From Ruditapes philippinarum (lineage: Eukaryota), in contig NW_026866507.1 of NCBI RefSeq assembly GCF_026571515.1, positions 124,001 to 188,000 of the forward strand: a stretch of DNA of 64,000 bases, written 5' to 3'. A program made the position numbers and the translations under genes. Under the pieces are notes generated by a model. The model did not search any database and was not told the origin of the DNA. It saw only the letters and a list, made by a program, of their open reading frames with translations. Positions 1 to 13,416 of this stretch are shown one piece after another. Positions within the stretch are counted from its first letter, which is position 1. Every line of letters begins with the position of its first letter.

Positions 1-478
1 TATCCCCACTACACTCTACTCCAATTCTAACTATCGAGATTTTAAGAAGAAAAAAATGTTCTGTTTTACGATGCCTACACCTTGCAGGTATCACATCCGG
101 TTGTTTCTCCTTGGATGGAGTAATAGCCCGACATTTATGGAGCTGATCCTATTAAACTTCATAGACACATAATTATCTTATTAGAGCTGTTTGGAAGAGA
201 CATACCAAAATAAATAGTTGTTTTATAGAAAAGTATCAGAAACAAAAATAAATAGTAAAACGGCCGTTCTAGGAAGGTTCAATGATTCTTAAATATTTTT
301 TCGGTTCATTTCGGTTCATTATCCCTCATGTACAGACTCAATCAAACCGAGTCTGCAATTCTCTTGTAATTTTGTTGTGATTTATGCTTCCGAGGTATCA
401 CTTTGTTTCCAGATTTTCTCATTGACGTTGTTTTTAATTTTGATTGATTTAAATGATTTATTCTGGTTTATTTTTCAG

Positions 479-3400
479 AAACCACGACAACAACAACCAC
501 GACCGTTACATTACCGATTACTACGCGACCTCCAGGTGAGTACAATTTGTTAGAAAATATGATAAAAGCATTTTCTCTGTGTTTAACGAAGCATTTTAAT
601 TGTGTTTGCCAATTTATTTTATTGTTTTATTGATAGTCAAGTTAAAATTCCAAATAATATCAAAAGTAGTTTATTTTAAGATGCATGCACAAAACATGTA
701 GGTGGGTAAAAAGACGGATAGATAATTCTTAGGCAAATGCGCCAACGAATTGCATTTTTCCCGCCAAATGTGGCCCCAAAATTAAATAAAAAATGATTTT
801 GTTATATGTTATGATAATTTCTAAGCCGATTTGTTGTAAAATTATACATAATTAAATTGAACAGAATTGAGTAAATGAACGACTTTCACTAATTCATCGT
901 CGGATACCCACGGCTTCGCCATTAACATGGATTACATGTTAAGTTACATGGTAATCAACCGTGGGTATCCGACGATGTCACTGATTATGCCTCTTTATTA
1001 ATGCAACCTTTCTTTTTGTTTCATATTGCAGGTCCATACCTCCTTGATGAGAGTAAATTCTTCATCCAGAGTTTTGAAGGCTATCCGAATATACTGCAAA
1101 TTGAATGGGCGGTTCTAGAAGACGTAGCAAATTTTACACTCAGTGTGACCTTGAACATTTTTGAAGTAAAAGTCAGAGAGCCGGACTGTCCGGAAAACTA
1201 CATAGCTGATATAGACGTGATGTAAGTTAAGAAACGTGAAGAAAAAATGAAATTATTAGTTACTAATTATGTTTGGGGATTAAACTTAACGTAAATTAGT
1301 TAAACGTTAGTTTTAAGTAAGATTACGAAGCTTTAAGCTTATAAACACGCTCTAGTTTCTGTTCCTGGCACCAACTAGTGGGAAGCAATTAGTGTGAAGT
1401 TCCTTACTCGAGAAAAGAACAGGATTCGGACTTGTTCGAGGCATTAAGCACTATGGCCTGCCGCCAGAGTTGATACGAAATACCTTCAAGCTCCTACTTA
1501 CTTCCGTTAGTTTTCAACAATACCTATTCTGATCAATTCATTAGATATTCATAAAAATGATAGTGAATGGTTTACCGAAATCGGATCTTCGTGCCTAGGT
1601 CACTTATTGCTAGCCACTAGTGTATTGAGCTGGGTTCGAATCCTGCCATGGGACTTTGAATTCCCCTTCCCCTCCCCGCCACATACACGCAAACATGAAG
1701 AATAATGTACGCGGAAAAGCATGCCTGAAATAATGAAATAAAAAATCCTATTAGGCTGATTAGTGAGAATAACAAACATGTCCGTGCTCGAACACCTTTA
1801 TCGATTTCTGATTGAGGAAATTAAATAGATCTTTTATTTCTTTCTTTATACAGAACGTTAGAAAAGTCAGGCAGTTACAATGTTACCAATCTGTTGCCAT
1901 GGAGATTGTATAGGTTTAATTTAACAGCTGTGAGTGAGACACACAACCTTACAGATTCACTACACAAAGATGCTGGAACGCCGGAAGATGGTAAAATCAT
2001 ACATGAAATATCTTAACTTTCATTATTACAGACTCACATGTGAATTCACATGTGTGGTATTAAATTCTGGTTTTAAGAAAACACCTTTAAAATATTTGAT
2101 GTGGAAAGTGTGTGAATATTAAGCATTTAATTAATTAACATTTTTCATTACAAAAATAAAGACCATATCGTAATAGAATTCAACTATTTTATTACACTTT
2201 ATAGTTCTCGTCAGGCAATCTCATGTGTTGAAACTACATACGGAAAGGCGCGTAAGGTCTTCCTTCGGAAGTAAAGCTGAAAATTCTGTATGGTTACCTG
2301 TATGATGCATATTTAATATGAACACAGCCAATTCAAATCAAGTGTTTCATGAGGACAGAGATAACAATCTTTTTATAGGCCTTATACCACATATAACAAA
2401 ATGAATATATTATACATATGTTTAATTTACTAGGCAAAAGATTTTCGGCAGTTTTCACTTTAGATCTCATTTATTACCACTGTTTTCTGCTCTTTTTGGT
2501 ACATGCACAATGAATTGCAGCATGAAGCTCGCTTATGCTAAGCTATATACTGACGAGAGTTGATATGAAAATATAAAATGGAGAAAAGAAAAGATATTCC
2601 TTCTATTCATTTTAGTACCAACGGCGCCGGTTAGGAATCTAAAAGTCTCTTCCATAGCCGCCGGATCTGCTTTAGTGAGCTGGTATGTTCCAGAATGCTC
2701 TGGTCGCAATGGCGCCTTTCAGAACTACACATTAGATGTTTACGCGTTACCCAACGATACACATATAGCTATGACGTACGACACAGATTCGCCATTCTTT
2801 GAAATAACGTCTCTCATGCCTTACAAAAACTATAGTGTATCCGTTGTGTATGTCAACTCTGCAGGTCGAGGACGTCAAGTGGCGACTCTCGTTTCGTTTA
2901 GAACTTTAGAAGCAGGTTAGTAACTCTCAAGTTAGACTTAGCTTGATCTACGGTAAATATGTAGTATACATGTATTTTAAATAGAAATGTTCAAGTTTTC
3001 TCACCGTTAACAAAGGTTCTAAACTTTCTCAAGTTTGTTCGAAGAAGATTGTTTCAGAGGTTAATGTATTGCTGGCTTTATTTAATTTTGCCATTACCAA
3101 CACCCCTGCGAAAGTTACAAATCCACGCTTTACTAATTAAAAAGAGACCGTTAAAATAGTTCAACCATGTTACATCAGATACTGTAGCTGTTTTCCTATT
3201 ATAATTGCTCGAAGCAGATTTAAAATTGTTGATAAAGATATGTTGGGAACATATAAATGTAATAATACTTTAATTTCGTTGACAAACATTACTTTGATGA
3301 AATCTATTAATGAACACTGGCCTATTTCATAAAATTTTTCTAGCAATGCTTTTTTTCTTTTGAAATGATTCATTTCAAATTACGTTTTCTTTTTTTTTCT

Positions 3401-6400
3401 CTCTCTCTCTTTTAATCTGGAGGAAAAATCTTGTTATTTTCAGTACCAGGGCCTCCGAGTATATCCAGTATAAGGGCAGATATGACGTCAATTACACTGG
3501 TTGTTCAAGAACCTGCTATACCGAATGGAATTGTCCTTGAATATCATGTGTCAGTTGCGGAAAATGTGAACTTTCAATCTTCTGTAACAAAAAGCTTTCT
3601 TAGAGAAAGTAATGACAGATTCCTCACAGCGATAATGACCAATTTATTACCAGACACTACCTATTTTATCAAGGTTATTAATATTCTTACTTCTTTATCA
3701 CATACATGTACATTTGAAGTTTGGTTCGAACTTGGTCAGAAGTGTCTGTGTTCTTTTTGTATTTTTTCAAGGATCTAGCGATATTTATAAAGTGTCTATA
3801 TGTAAAGTTTTGTATTTGTATTCACTTTTATTTCATATAAACTTTTAAATGTAGTGTTAATGAGTCATGGATAGAGTAATATATTTTTTAATTCATGTAC
3901 TTAATATTCGGTTCACGTTCTAAAAGCAATCCATATTAGCTTTCCTTCTCTTTTATTTTTTTTAAATAATATGCACGTTAATGCTTTATTTACTGGTCTA
4001 GTAATTGTAGACGCATAACCATTCATTAGGACTGGGTTCTCTTGTCATTCAGGTTTCTGCCAGCACAAGTGTAGGACCCGGTCAGCCGAGCCCTACGAGA
4101 CAAATTGAAACAAAGCAGTCGGTGCCAAGACCACCAGCTAACATTACATCGGACAAAAGTAGTCGGAACGTTTCGTGTGTTAAACTACAATGGTCTCATG
4201 AGGATATATATAACGGAAACATTACTGGTTACAATGTAAGTAAGACTAATTTATATCCTGCTGAATAACCTGCTGAATTTGTGAATCGATTTGCTCTGCT
4301 TTGAATATGGACCAAATATTCTATTCCTATCTAGATAGGAAAGACAATTGATACTAGTCTTCCCTTCAAACAATATTACTTAAAGAAATGAAAAATGTTC
4401 TTCTATTACAGGTGTCTTACCAAGAAACAGGAGTTACTCAGGGCACGGTTAAAAGTTTTGCAACAGAAAATACTTATGCACAAATATGTGATCTTAAATC
4501 AGGCCGTTATTATACATTCATGATAAAAGCTTCTAATCCAACTGGGTTCAGTGAAGCTTCTATACTTACCATCTCCACCGAGCAACCCGACCCACCAATT
4601 CCGCCATTACCGGAAGTGATAAATACAACGTCGACTACTATCGGCGTTGCGTTATTTCCAGTTGTTGTGACAAACACTTTGTACGAATATGGCTATTTAG
4701 TCTCAATACAAGATGTTACGGGAAAAACGAAGCGAGCAGTGAGCACAAGTAACATTTCCTGTCCTGGAATTAATGAAATACCTGGTACGATTGTTAAAAA
4801 TTTTACTCAGGCCGAAATACCGTTTAAAATTTCCTTCATAATAGGCGACGGGAAACAATATGGTGACTTTGAAAATAAGCCTTTGACAAAGAATAACTTG
4901 TATGACATTTATTATGTTATAACGAGTTATTTTGAAGACGTATGTAAATACACGTATGTAAAGACATCAAGCCCGGTGAAAGTGGCCCCTGCTGCTGTTA
5001 TGGTACCAAACACTACAGAAAGCTCTTCGACAAATGTCGTATTAATTGTCGGCATTGTCATTCTTGTTGTTATTATAATAATTTTTATCATTGTGTTTAT
5101 ATACTGCTGGTGGCGCAGACGACAATCCGACCAAAACTATAAACCATATTACAATGAGAGCGATGATCACTTTGATCTTAAAATCTACGAGAGAATTGAC
5201 AATTATAATGCACAGAAATATTGGAACACAATTTATTCCTTGCGTGAAAGTAGGTACATAGTGGAAGGGAGAGAGCACATACGTGACGGACAACGGATAA
5301 TGAATGGATCGGTCGGCGTGGCTACTGGAGAACAGCCTTTACTGTTCCAGGATGAATTCTCTAATCTTCCCCATGGACGTTTATCAGCGTTTAATGTGGC
5401 AAAGAAAAGAGATAATGAACTTAAAAACAGGTTTAGTCATTTGCTGCCATATGATCACAGTCGCGTGATTTTAGACCCAGATGTCAATTCTGAAAGTGAT
5501 TACATAAATGCCAGTTTTATCAAGGGCTACAAACACCAGAGAGCATATATTGCCGCGCAAAGCCCGTTCGATGAGGATACCGTCCTAGATTTCTGGCGGA
5601 TGATATACCAGTATGAAGTTAGAGTGATAGTAATGCTTTCAAACATTGTGGAAGACAATATTGTAAAGTGTACGCAGTATTGGCCTGACCAGGGTCGTGC
5701 AATGTATGGACAGTTTATATTAGACCTTGTTGATGTACAAGAATATGCAGATTACACACTCAGATCTTTACGAGTTCGAACCTCAACTGAACGAGACTGG
5801 CAAATGGTGTATATATTTGACTATACTTCGTGGCCCGAGCATGGTGTTCCCGGTGACGCAATTCCGTTACTTGAAATGAGAAGAAAGATAAATGTTTACC
5901 AAAATAGGTACACTACACCAATTGTTGTTCATTGCGGAACTGGCGTAAGTAGAAGCGGTGTTTACATAGCAGTTGATTCTCTGCTGCAGCAATACGAACA
6001 AGAGGGGAGAATTAGTGTGTACTCTTTTGTAAAGAAAATGCGAAAAGACAGACCAGCTATGGTTAGAACAGCAAAACAATACATATTTATCTACGAGGCT
6101 ATATTTGAAGCCATGGTGGTCGGTGACACACTAACTGGACCTGGTGATCTTAAAGAAATGTACGAAAGTCTAACAAAGAAAAATCCAAACACTAAGCATT
6201 CTTACTTGCATGGACAATTCCATTGTCTAGAAGAGTATACGCGAAAACTGTATCCATCCGCGTGTTCTCATGCCTATTTTCCGGCGAATGTGAACAAAAA
6301 TCGTTTCTGTGAAATAGTCCCACCTGACCAATTCAGACCAATACTAACGACACCTGGAGGTTTAGGTAGAACTGATTACATAAACGCTGTCTACTTAGAC

Positions 6401-7421
6401 AGTCACAGGAAGTCCTGCCACTATGTGATCACACAAACACCCCTGCATACGACCGTCATAGACTTTTGGAAGCTTGTTTACGACCATGACATTTATACAA
6501 TCGTAATGATGGAGCCTATGACATTTGATGACGATACAAGCGCGGAATATTGGCCGGAAGATCACATGAAACAGTACGAACCTTTCTTTGTTGAAACTGC
6601 CGATGTTTATCAACAAGAAAACATCACCATACGTAATTTCAAACTTACCAGCATGGGAAATCCAAAAGATACCCGCCATATCCGTCAGTTTCAGTTCAAC
6701 GCTTGGGCTGATTCGGAGTTTGTACCCAAGTCTAAATCCATGCTTCTTGATGTTATTGATCTTGTAGACGACTGGCAGCGCGTCAATAACAATGATTCTA
6801 CGCCTATTCTGGTTCACTGTAAGGATGGTGCTACGCACAGTGGGTTGTTTATTGCGGTGAGTCTTCTGTGCGAGAAAGTCCTAGATGAAGGCGAGGTGGA
6901 TGTCTTCCATACAATAAAGCATTTGAAGCGTCGCAGAACTCAGATTGTTGATATGCTGGTAGGTTTAATTTGTTAACTATGCGATCAGATATATATTTTC
7001 TCACTGTTACACACTGATATATACCTTCTTTAAAAAATCAGGTCGCCTAGCCATTATTACATAAATTTAAAAATCTTGACCATAATTTATACTATACAGA
7101 CTTTGCTATACATGTATTTAGATATGGCCTTGACATTTTTTTTAATTTTTACACGTGTGGTTTTAGAAAAAAAGTATATTATATGTATGTTATTTATTTA
7201 AATTGCAATTGAATGGATTCTTTTAAGGACTACTTTATTTCTTTTATTGATTTTTTCAGGATCAATATCGTTTTTGTTACAAAGCATTATGGGATTTTAT
7301 CAACATGCGTATGCCGGGCGGGACACTCACGGAGCAGATGAGCAAGACGATTGCCGATAAACCTTACAGCAGTTTGAGCCTGGCTTCATATGCGTCCGCG
7401 CATGATTATATGCCGTATTAA
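479..7421 (+). CDS. Receptor-type protein tyrosine phosphatase (Thr-rich linker, FN3 repeats, TM, tandem PTP D1+D2); 5' end lies outside the window
   Basis: Phase-consistent GT-AG exons: 479-535, 1032-1221, 1854-1990, 2616-2915, 3444-3673, 4053-4235, 4412-6958, 7260-7421 (TAA). FN3 motifs (LLPWRLYRF, LMPYKNYSV, LLPDTTYFI, LKSGRYYTF), KTKR dibasic site, TM VVLIVGIVILVVIIIIFIIVFIYCWW, PTP motifs KNRF, DYINA, DFWRM, KCTQYWP, VHCGTGVSR (D1) and VHCKDGATHSG (D2). Last exon begins DQYRFCYKAL. Confidence 0.93.
895..977. mobile_element. 83 bp hairpin MITE
   Basis: 19 bp perfect TIR CATCGTCGGATACCCACGG/CCGTGGGTATCCGACGATG; flanks TCACTAATT and TCACTGATT (9 bp TSD, one mismatch); related copy near 59370. 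Confidence 0.7.
4412..6958 (+). CDS. 2547 bp internal exon of the receptor PTP (end of last FN3, membrane-proximal domain, TM, D1, most of D2)
   Basis: ORF 4388-6976; acceptor ttacag|GTG at 4411/4412 and donor CTG|gtaggt at 6958/6959, both phase 0. Confidence 0.93.
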
Positions 7422-9109
7422 GTGTCTTACTGGAAACCAAAGATTTGTGTTTTTTTGGAGATAGCGGACATTTTATTTACTAGCGATGAAATATAGAAAT
7501 TAAAATGGACGTAAACGCTTTTGTTATTCGGAGAATACTTCTTTTTGCTGTTTTGTATACTTGACTACTTATCATAGTACAAATTAAATTTTCATATCAC
7601 TATATATAGAAGTTGCTGGTGCAAATTTTAAAGGTGCATATACATGGTATCTAAACCGCTAGTAAAATATGTCTACTGGGTAATCATGGTGCTTATAACT
7701 TTAGTATGTCTTCTGAAAAAACTTTGTCGGAAAAAAATTGCTCAACTGCGCTTCATTTTGTTGTATTTTCATTTTCTGTAATATTAAGCTTTTTTTCACT
7801 TCATTTTTAGTTCTCATGTAAAGTTTTCTGATTGACTAAACCATTAAAGATATCAGCTTTATTTAGTATTATTCATTTTAGTATTTGCACAACTTTATCG
7901 TCAATGAGAGGGCATTATTTAAGAAACTTCCGACTGTCTATTTCCCATAACCTCCCTTCAATAGTGTCCATGTAAAATTGGCATTTATATTTGGATAAAC
8001 AACCAAAGTATGCTGCTCTGCTCCAGTCCCCACCGTTTAAGCTGTTTTAAATGGTATATTTTTTCTTGTTGGCAGCATATCATAATAGTAAAATTGCTTG
8101 AAATGTGTGATAGCCAGTTATTCATTGCATTTTTATCTTTAAAAAATGGAGTAGTAAAATATACGAATATACAGAATAAAACACTATAATTACTTTATAA
8201 AGTTTTACCCCTAGAGTATATTATATATGTTTGTTACAATATGTACAACGTACGTACGGGTAAAGTATTCGCAATGAGACCATATATTCGTTCACCATCT
8301 ATTCATGATTTTGTATTTTAAAATTTTAGTACTTTGCTTTTGAACTAGCCAACATGACTATTATTTAAATTTAACTGCAAGTGACATGTAATGTATCAGA
8401 TAAAATATGGAAATTTAGTATTGTCCTTTTGATTATCTGGAAACTAAACCGTGTGACCATATTCACTGGGCACGCAATGTAGTCTATGAACTTCTGTCTG
8501 CTTGTGTATAAATATAACACTCCTGCTTGCATAGCATCAATTTTTTCTGCACAATATATATTTATTTTTTTAAGTTTCAATGTTAGAATATAAGGTTATT
8601 TTTATTTTAGTTTAAATGTCGTTGTTACAAAAATGTCGACAAAAATGAGATATCAGTAATGTTAATTACCTCTCTTTTATCTCAAATATACTTTGATTGT
8701 TGTTAAAAGTATCGTAAATACTTTTAGTTTAATACATACCGTAAATAGAACATTTCTTATTAAACATCAAGTGATATATTGATATGTAAAAGAAAAAGGG
8801 AGATAAATTAAATTTCAGTTTTATTTTATTTTATATGTTACAGGTTTGCAATTTTTCATATCTAAGATTTGTAGATCTGTTTTGTATTTATAGTTAATTT
8901 ATCTGTTAAGATTTCTTAGTTAAATGTGTCAGCATTTGTTATAATTACTGTACGATATTTTCATGTAACAAAATAAAACGATTTTTATATTTCTAAGATT
9001 TGTTGTTATCATTAAAAGGACATAAAGCCAAAAAGTGGACTGTCTAAAGTGGGTTACTGTTACATATCTTCGGTTGAGTTTAACCATGTATTGTAATAAT
9101 ATGTATAAA

Positions 9110-9294
9110 GGGCCAGTGGGTAAGGTGTCTGCCTCTCAATCCAGAGTTCATCGATTCGAGCTCTTCTCGGGTCACGACCATGTTTCTTCATATGACACCA
9201 GTACTGGTTGGTTTCAGGAAGCGGACTCGAAAGTGATTAATATAAGTTGCAAGAGCTTGTTTCGCAGTCGAGCTTAAATAAATATGTTTAAACC
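9110..9294 (+). mobile_element. tRNA-derived SINE
   Basis: A-box-like GTGGGTAAGG, B-box-like GATTCGAG; body CAGTACTGGTTGGTTTCAGGAAGCGGACTCGA and tail resemble the SINE at 41791-42007; head resembles the minus-strand copy at ~53810-53920. Confidence 0.65.
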
Positions 9295-9495
9295 AATATG
9301 TATAATAAATGTATTTTATGTCCCAGCTTTTTTTCTTTATTTATTTTTTGATAATTTCTTGTCAACATATAAAATTGGACTACTAACAAAATTGTCATCA
9401 TTTGGCTATATTATACATTGTTCTCTATTTATTTCTTGAAAATTATAATTTTTTCTGCTTGACGTTTATATAATTAAGTGATTAAATTAAGGTAA

Positions 9496-10423
9496 ACAAG
9501 CAAATTCGTTGAATTTATATCCCCCGCCGAGTACTGGTTATTATTAACACAACAACTGAAGACATAAGGCGTTATTTATATATTAATCATGGCATAAACA
9601 GTAATATTCTTTGAACTTGATAAATATTCAGGGAAATAAAAGAGCCATAACTTTGTGTTAAATAGTAAAATCTGGAAATGCCAATGAGATGTATGCATAC
9701 TACATAACTAATCAAGGGCCATAAATCTGAGATATAAGTATCGAGATCTGACTGGAACAAGGCGACTATATGCACATCTCCTCTTAGTATCCCATAAAGT
9801 TTCATTGAATTCCAGCCAGTAGTAGCAGAGAAGTAGCGAGGAAACAAATATTTTTCCATATGGATACTGCATAACTAATCAAGGGCCATAACTCTGAGTT
9901 AAAGTGTCTGACCGGAACAAGCCGACGATATGCGCATCTCCTCTTGGTATTGATGATTCCCATAAAGTTTCGTTGAATTCCAGCCAGTAGTTGCAGAGAA
10001 CTACTCCGGAAACGATTTTTACTCTATATGCATACTACATAACTAATCAAGGGCCATAACTCTAAGTTAAAGTGTCTGACCGGAACAAGCCGACGATATG
10101 CGCATCTCCTCTTGATATTGATGATTCCCATAAAGTTTCGTTGAATTCCAGCCAGTAGTTGCAGAGAACTACTCCGGAAACTATTTTTACTTTATATGCA
10201 TACTACATAACTAATCAAGGGCCATAACTCTGAGTTAAAGGGTCGGACCGGAACAAGCCGACGATATGCGCATCTCCTCTTGATATTGATGATTCCCATA
10301 AAGTTTCGTTGAATTCCAGCCAGTAGTTGCAGAGAACTACTCCGGAAACGAAATTCGGACGGACGGATGGACGGACAACGCCAAAACTATATCCCCCTCC
10401 CGATTCCATCGGCGGGGGATAAT
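9496..10423 (-). mobile_element. Non-autonomous Helentron-like element (HINE) with ~167 bp internal tandem repeats
   Basis: ACAAG end with short hairpin AAATTC-GTT-GAATTT; subterminal TATCCCCCGCCGA inverted at the far end (TCGGCGGGGGATA) inside a terminal stem-loop; monomers start ~9698, 9865, 10033, 10201; GGAC microsatellite. Confidence 0.8.
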
Positions 10424-11748
10424 AAAAATAGGAATGGCCATTACTTGGCTGACTAACCGACATTTCTACTGTAGGAAACTGGAAGGGTGCTCTTGTCTAA
10501 TATATGCGAATATCGTAACACCTTCCTTATGGTCTAATCCGATCGGCAAAATGCATGACAGGGCACAACAATCAACGGGAGCAAGTAAAATGCATTGGAT
10601 ACCCGCATCTTAATATTTAATAGATGTTAGCAGTACAAAAGTAAACGAGTTTGCTAATTTTACACTGTGTTAAGATGCAAAATTTTTCAGATAATGCTAG
10701 AAGCAGTAAATTCAAGCTAAGAATTTTTCTTTTCAAATCAGGTATTGAAATGAGCAGACCTTGAATTTTGAATACTAAAACTATAAAATCTGTCAATATA
10801 TTAAAGATGGTCCCTGTTGGAACATTTTATCAGATGTAAAATATATTATGACAATACTGGCCGAGCTAGCTATTCGCTTTGAGGTAGACTCGACTCGCGC
10901 TTTAAGACACTAACAGGCATCAACCCTACTTGTCTGTGGTATATATTTTAACTGCAATACCACAATTTGACATATTGTAGAAAATTGTGTTTCTAAAGTA
11001 AGCAAAATTTGCTTAGTTCATTGATAAACTGGAGGGCTGCGACAGTAAATATTCATCGGTTATTATACATTTTACGGTACAATACGGGAATATATTTGGA
11101 CGAGTAAACAGCTTGAAAAATCATATTGGCCGAGCCGATAGGCGAGTCCAATATGACTTTTGGTTTTCAATGAAACAATACATTATACTGTACATTTATT
11201 TAGTTGTGTTTTGGATTGAATGAACCGTATATAGTGTATCTGGAATAATATATATATATATATATATTATAAAGAAAATATTTAAGTAGTATGAAAAAAA
11301 TGCCTTTGAAAGGATAGAATAAGTGGACACAAAATGTTAGGGTTTGACCTGGAAAAGTGACCTCGACTTGATAGCATGGTTTTAACACCGCCTTGCTGCC
11401 AAGTTTGAAGAAAATGCCTTAAATAGCGGACACAAAATTGTCCGATAGGATATTTGACCTTTAATGGTGACCTTAAGTCTATACAGCGGTGGCATGAGTT
11501 CTGTACATCGCTTTATTTAAAAGACCATTAAGAACAAAGCGTTAAGAAAGTCTTTCCAGGTCATATTGGACTTTTAGAGAGCAGACATGACAGAGACGGA
11601 CGGAAACGTGACCGGACTGGTAAAAAGGGCAATTTCTTCTTTTCCCCCCTGTTTAATAGAGGGCAATTGTCCCCTTATACTACTGTAACGGAATAAACTC
11701 TATTGTTATATTTTGTTATGTTTATAGTTTACATTTAGATGACCTTTT

Positions 11749-13228
11749 CAGGCTGTCCAGTACCTTCTGACAAAAAATTAGGGCAAATTTTAGGGCAATT
11801 TTTAAGAAATTTTAGTGCTAAAATTAGGAATTTAAGAGAAAATAAAAGAAATTTTAGGGCTAGAATTTGGAATTTTATACTTAAAATATGGCCTCAAAAG
11901 ACCATGATATGGGCTCAACTTTGCATAATTATTTGACACAAAAGTAGCGCACAAATAATGCTCTAGTTTGATTATAAGGTGTTACCAGTGTTCCATAGTC
12001 ACCAGTGAATGAATGGATTCACTGGTCAACTGCCTTTAAAAATAGCTGATAAAACTACATTAAAACATAACTAGAATGAAAACATTTTCAAAGTTATAAG
12101 TATCCCTGAACAACCAATATTCAATTTGTTAAGCTATGATTAGCCAATAATAAATGGAAGGGGAAATTATGCTTTAAATTTATTTTAGCTATAAATGCAT
12201 TTCTTATCAACATCTATTCATTTTAAGGTTGGAAAATTTTCAACAAGTCTTGATCTTTCTTAAAAAAAAACAATAAAAACGAATGACCCACTCAAGTTAT
12301 TCCCAGGAATATTAAAACTCAAATTCAAACAGCAGGGTATACACCTATGAAGAATTTGTTCAAGATAAATCAGGCTACTAAAAATTGTAGAAAATTTCAC
12401 AACAGTGTCAGATTTTTCAATGATTTTCAATAGATGTTTTTCCCCAATTTTAAAAAACTTACACTTTATGTTATAACTTATGTTCAATACATGTTAATGT
12501 GTACAAAAAGGGCAGTTGAAGGTGTCACTTCTTATTCGGTAGCAAAATGGTTAAAGCATCAAATCATTACTGCCAGTTTATCTTATCCACTTTATAATTA
12601 GCAAATATGGAAACTTGTCTAGATCTGCCAGCTGGTATCACTTACAAAAGATCTGTTCTACAGTCATCACTTGAAAATGGTTTGATTATAAATTAAGATT
12701 TTATTAATAAGGACCCCTACATAAAGTCTGATGAAATTTAGTGATACATCATGTAAATAGCTGCTTTCAATACACCTAAGACTGAGGTAAATGGTAAAAC
12801 TCTGTAGCCAATAAAATGTAACTTCCTTGAAAAAAAAATTATCACAATTTTAAACAGGTGACTATTTTGATATAGTCAAAGTCGTACAATTTTCATTGTT
12901 CAATTTAAAACAAACAGTTTTTATTATTTTTCTGATAACATCTGACATTCAAGTATAGCATATCTGCAGGAGTTGAAGTAAATACATGTGACTTTATGCA
13001 ATTTAGTCAGACATGACATCAGCTCCACTGACTGTGTTTGAATTCAGGTTGTGATTTAAACATGGTTATTTCGGGATATATTCATCACAAAAGATATAAA
13101 ATAGGAATTTAAGTGAAAAAATATGGCATTTTTAGGAATTCCCTTTGAATTTTTCATTTCTTTAGGAATTTTAGCCAAACTGAAAAAAATAGAATTTTTT
13201 AGGAATTTTAGGGACGCTGGACAGCCTG
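11749..13228. mobile_element. Non-autonomous DNA transposon, 12 bp TIR, 6 bp TSD (hAT-like CAG termini)
   Basis: CAGGCTGTCCAG ... CTGGACAGCCTG flanked by CCTTTT on both sides; repeated TTAGGAATT/TTAGGGC motifs near both ends; no transposase ORF. Confidence 0.8.
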
Positions 13229-13297
13229 CCTTTTATTTCATTCAGTAGTGCTGTTGGACTAACGGACAAACCTGACAAAAGTGATTCAGGTATAGCC

Positions 13298-13416
13298 CTG
13301 TAACACCGCACTTTGTGGTCCGACCCCAAAGTACGTCCAACCCCAAAGTGCGTTACGCACTTCCCCAAAGTGCGTCACGCGCTTTGGTGTCGAGGTTTGA
13401 CCCCAAAGTGCGTTAC
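13298..13416. repeat. Cluster of CCCCAAAGTGCG direct/inverted motifs, probable orphan transposon end
   Basis: Four CCCCAAAGT(G/A)CG copies plus inverted CGCACTTTG copies; matching other end not found. Confidence 0.45.

Noticed and set aside
2548-2575. CTGACGAG...GAAA hammerhead-like core
   Set aside because: No pairing for stem II or the flanking stems.
5042-6838. Antisense ORFs within the PTP exon (and similar ones within gag-pol)
   Set aside because: Shadow ORFs of real coding sequence with no independent support.
11775-11860. TTAGGG telomere-like motifs
   Set aside because: Not tandem; they are subterminal motifs of the 11749-13228 transposon.
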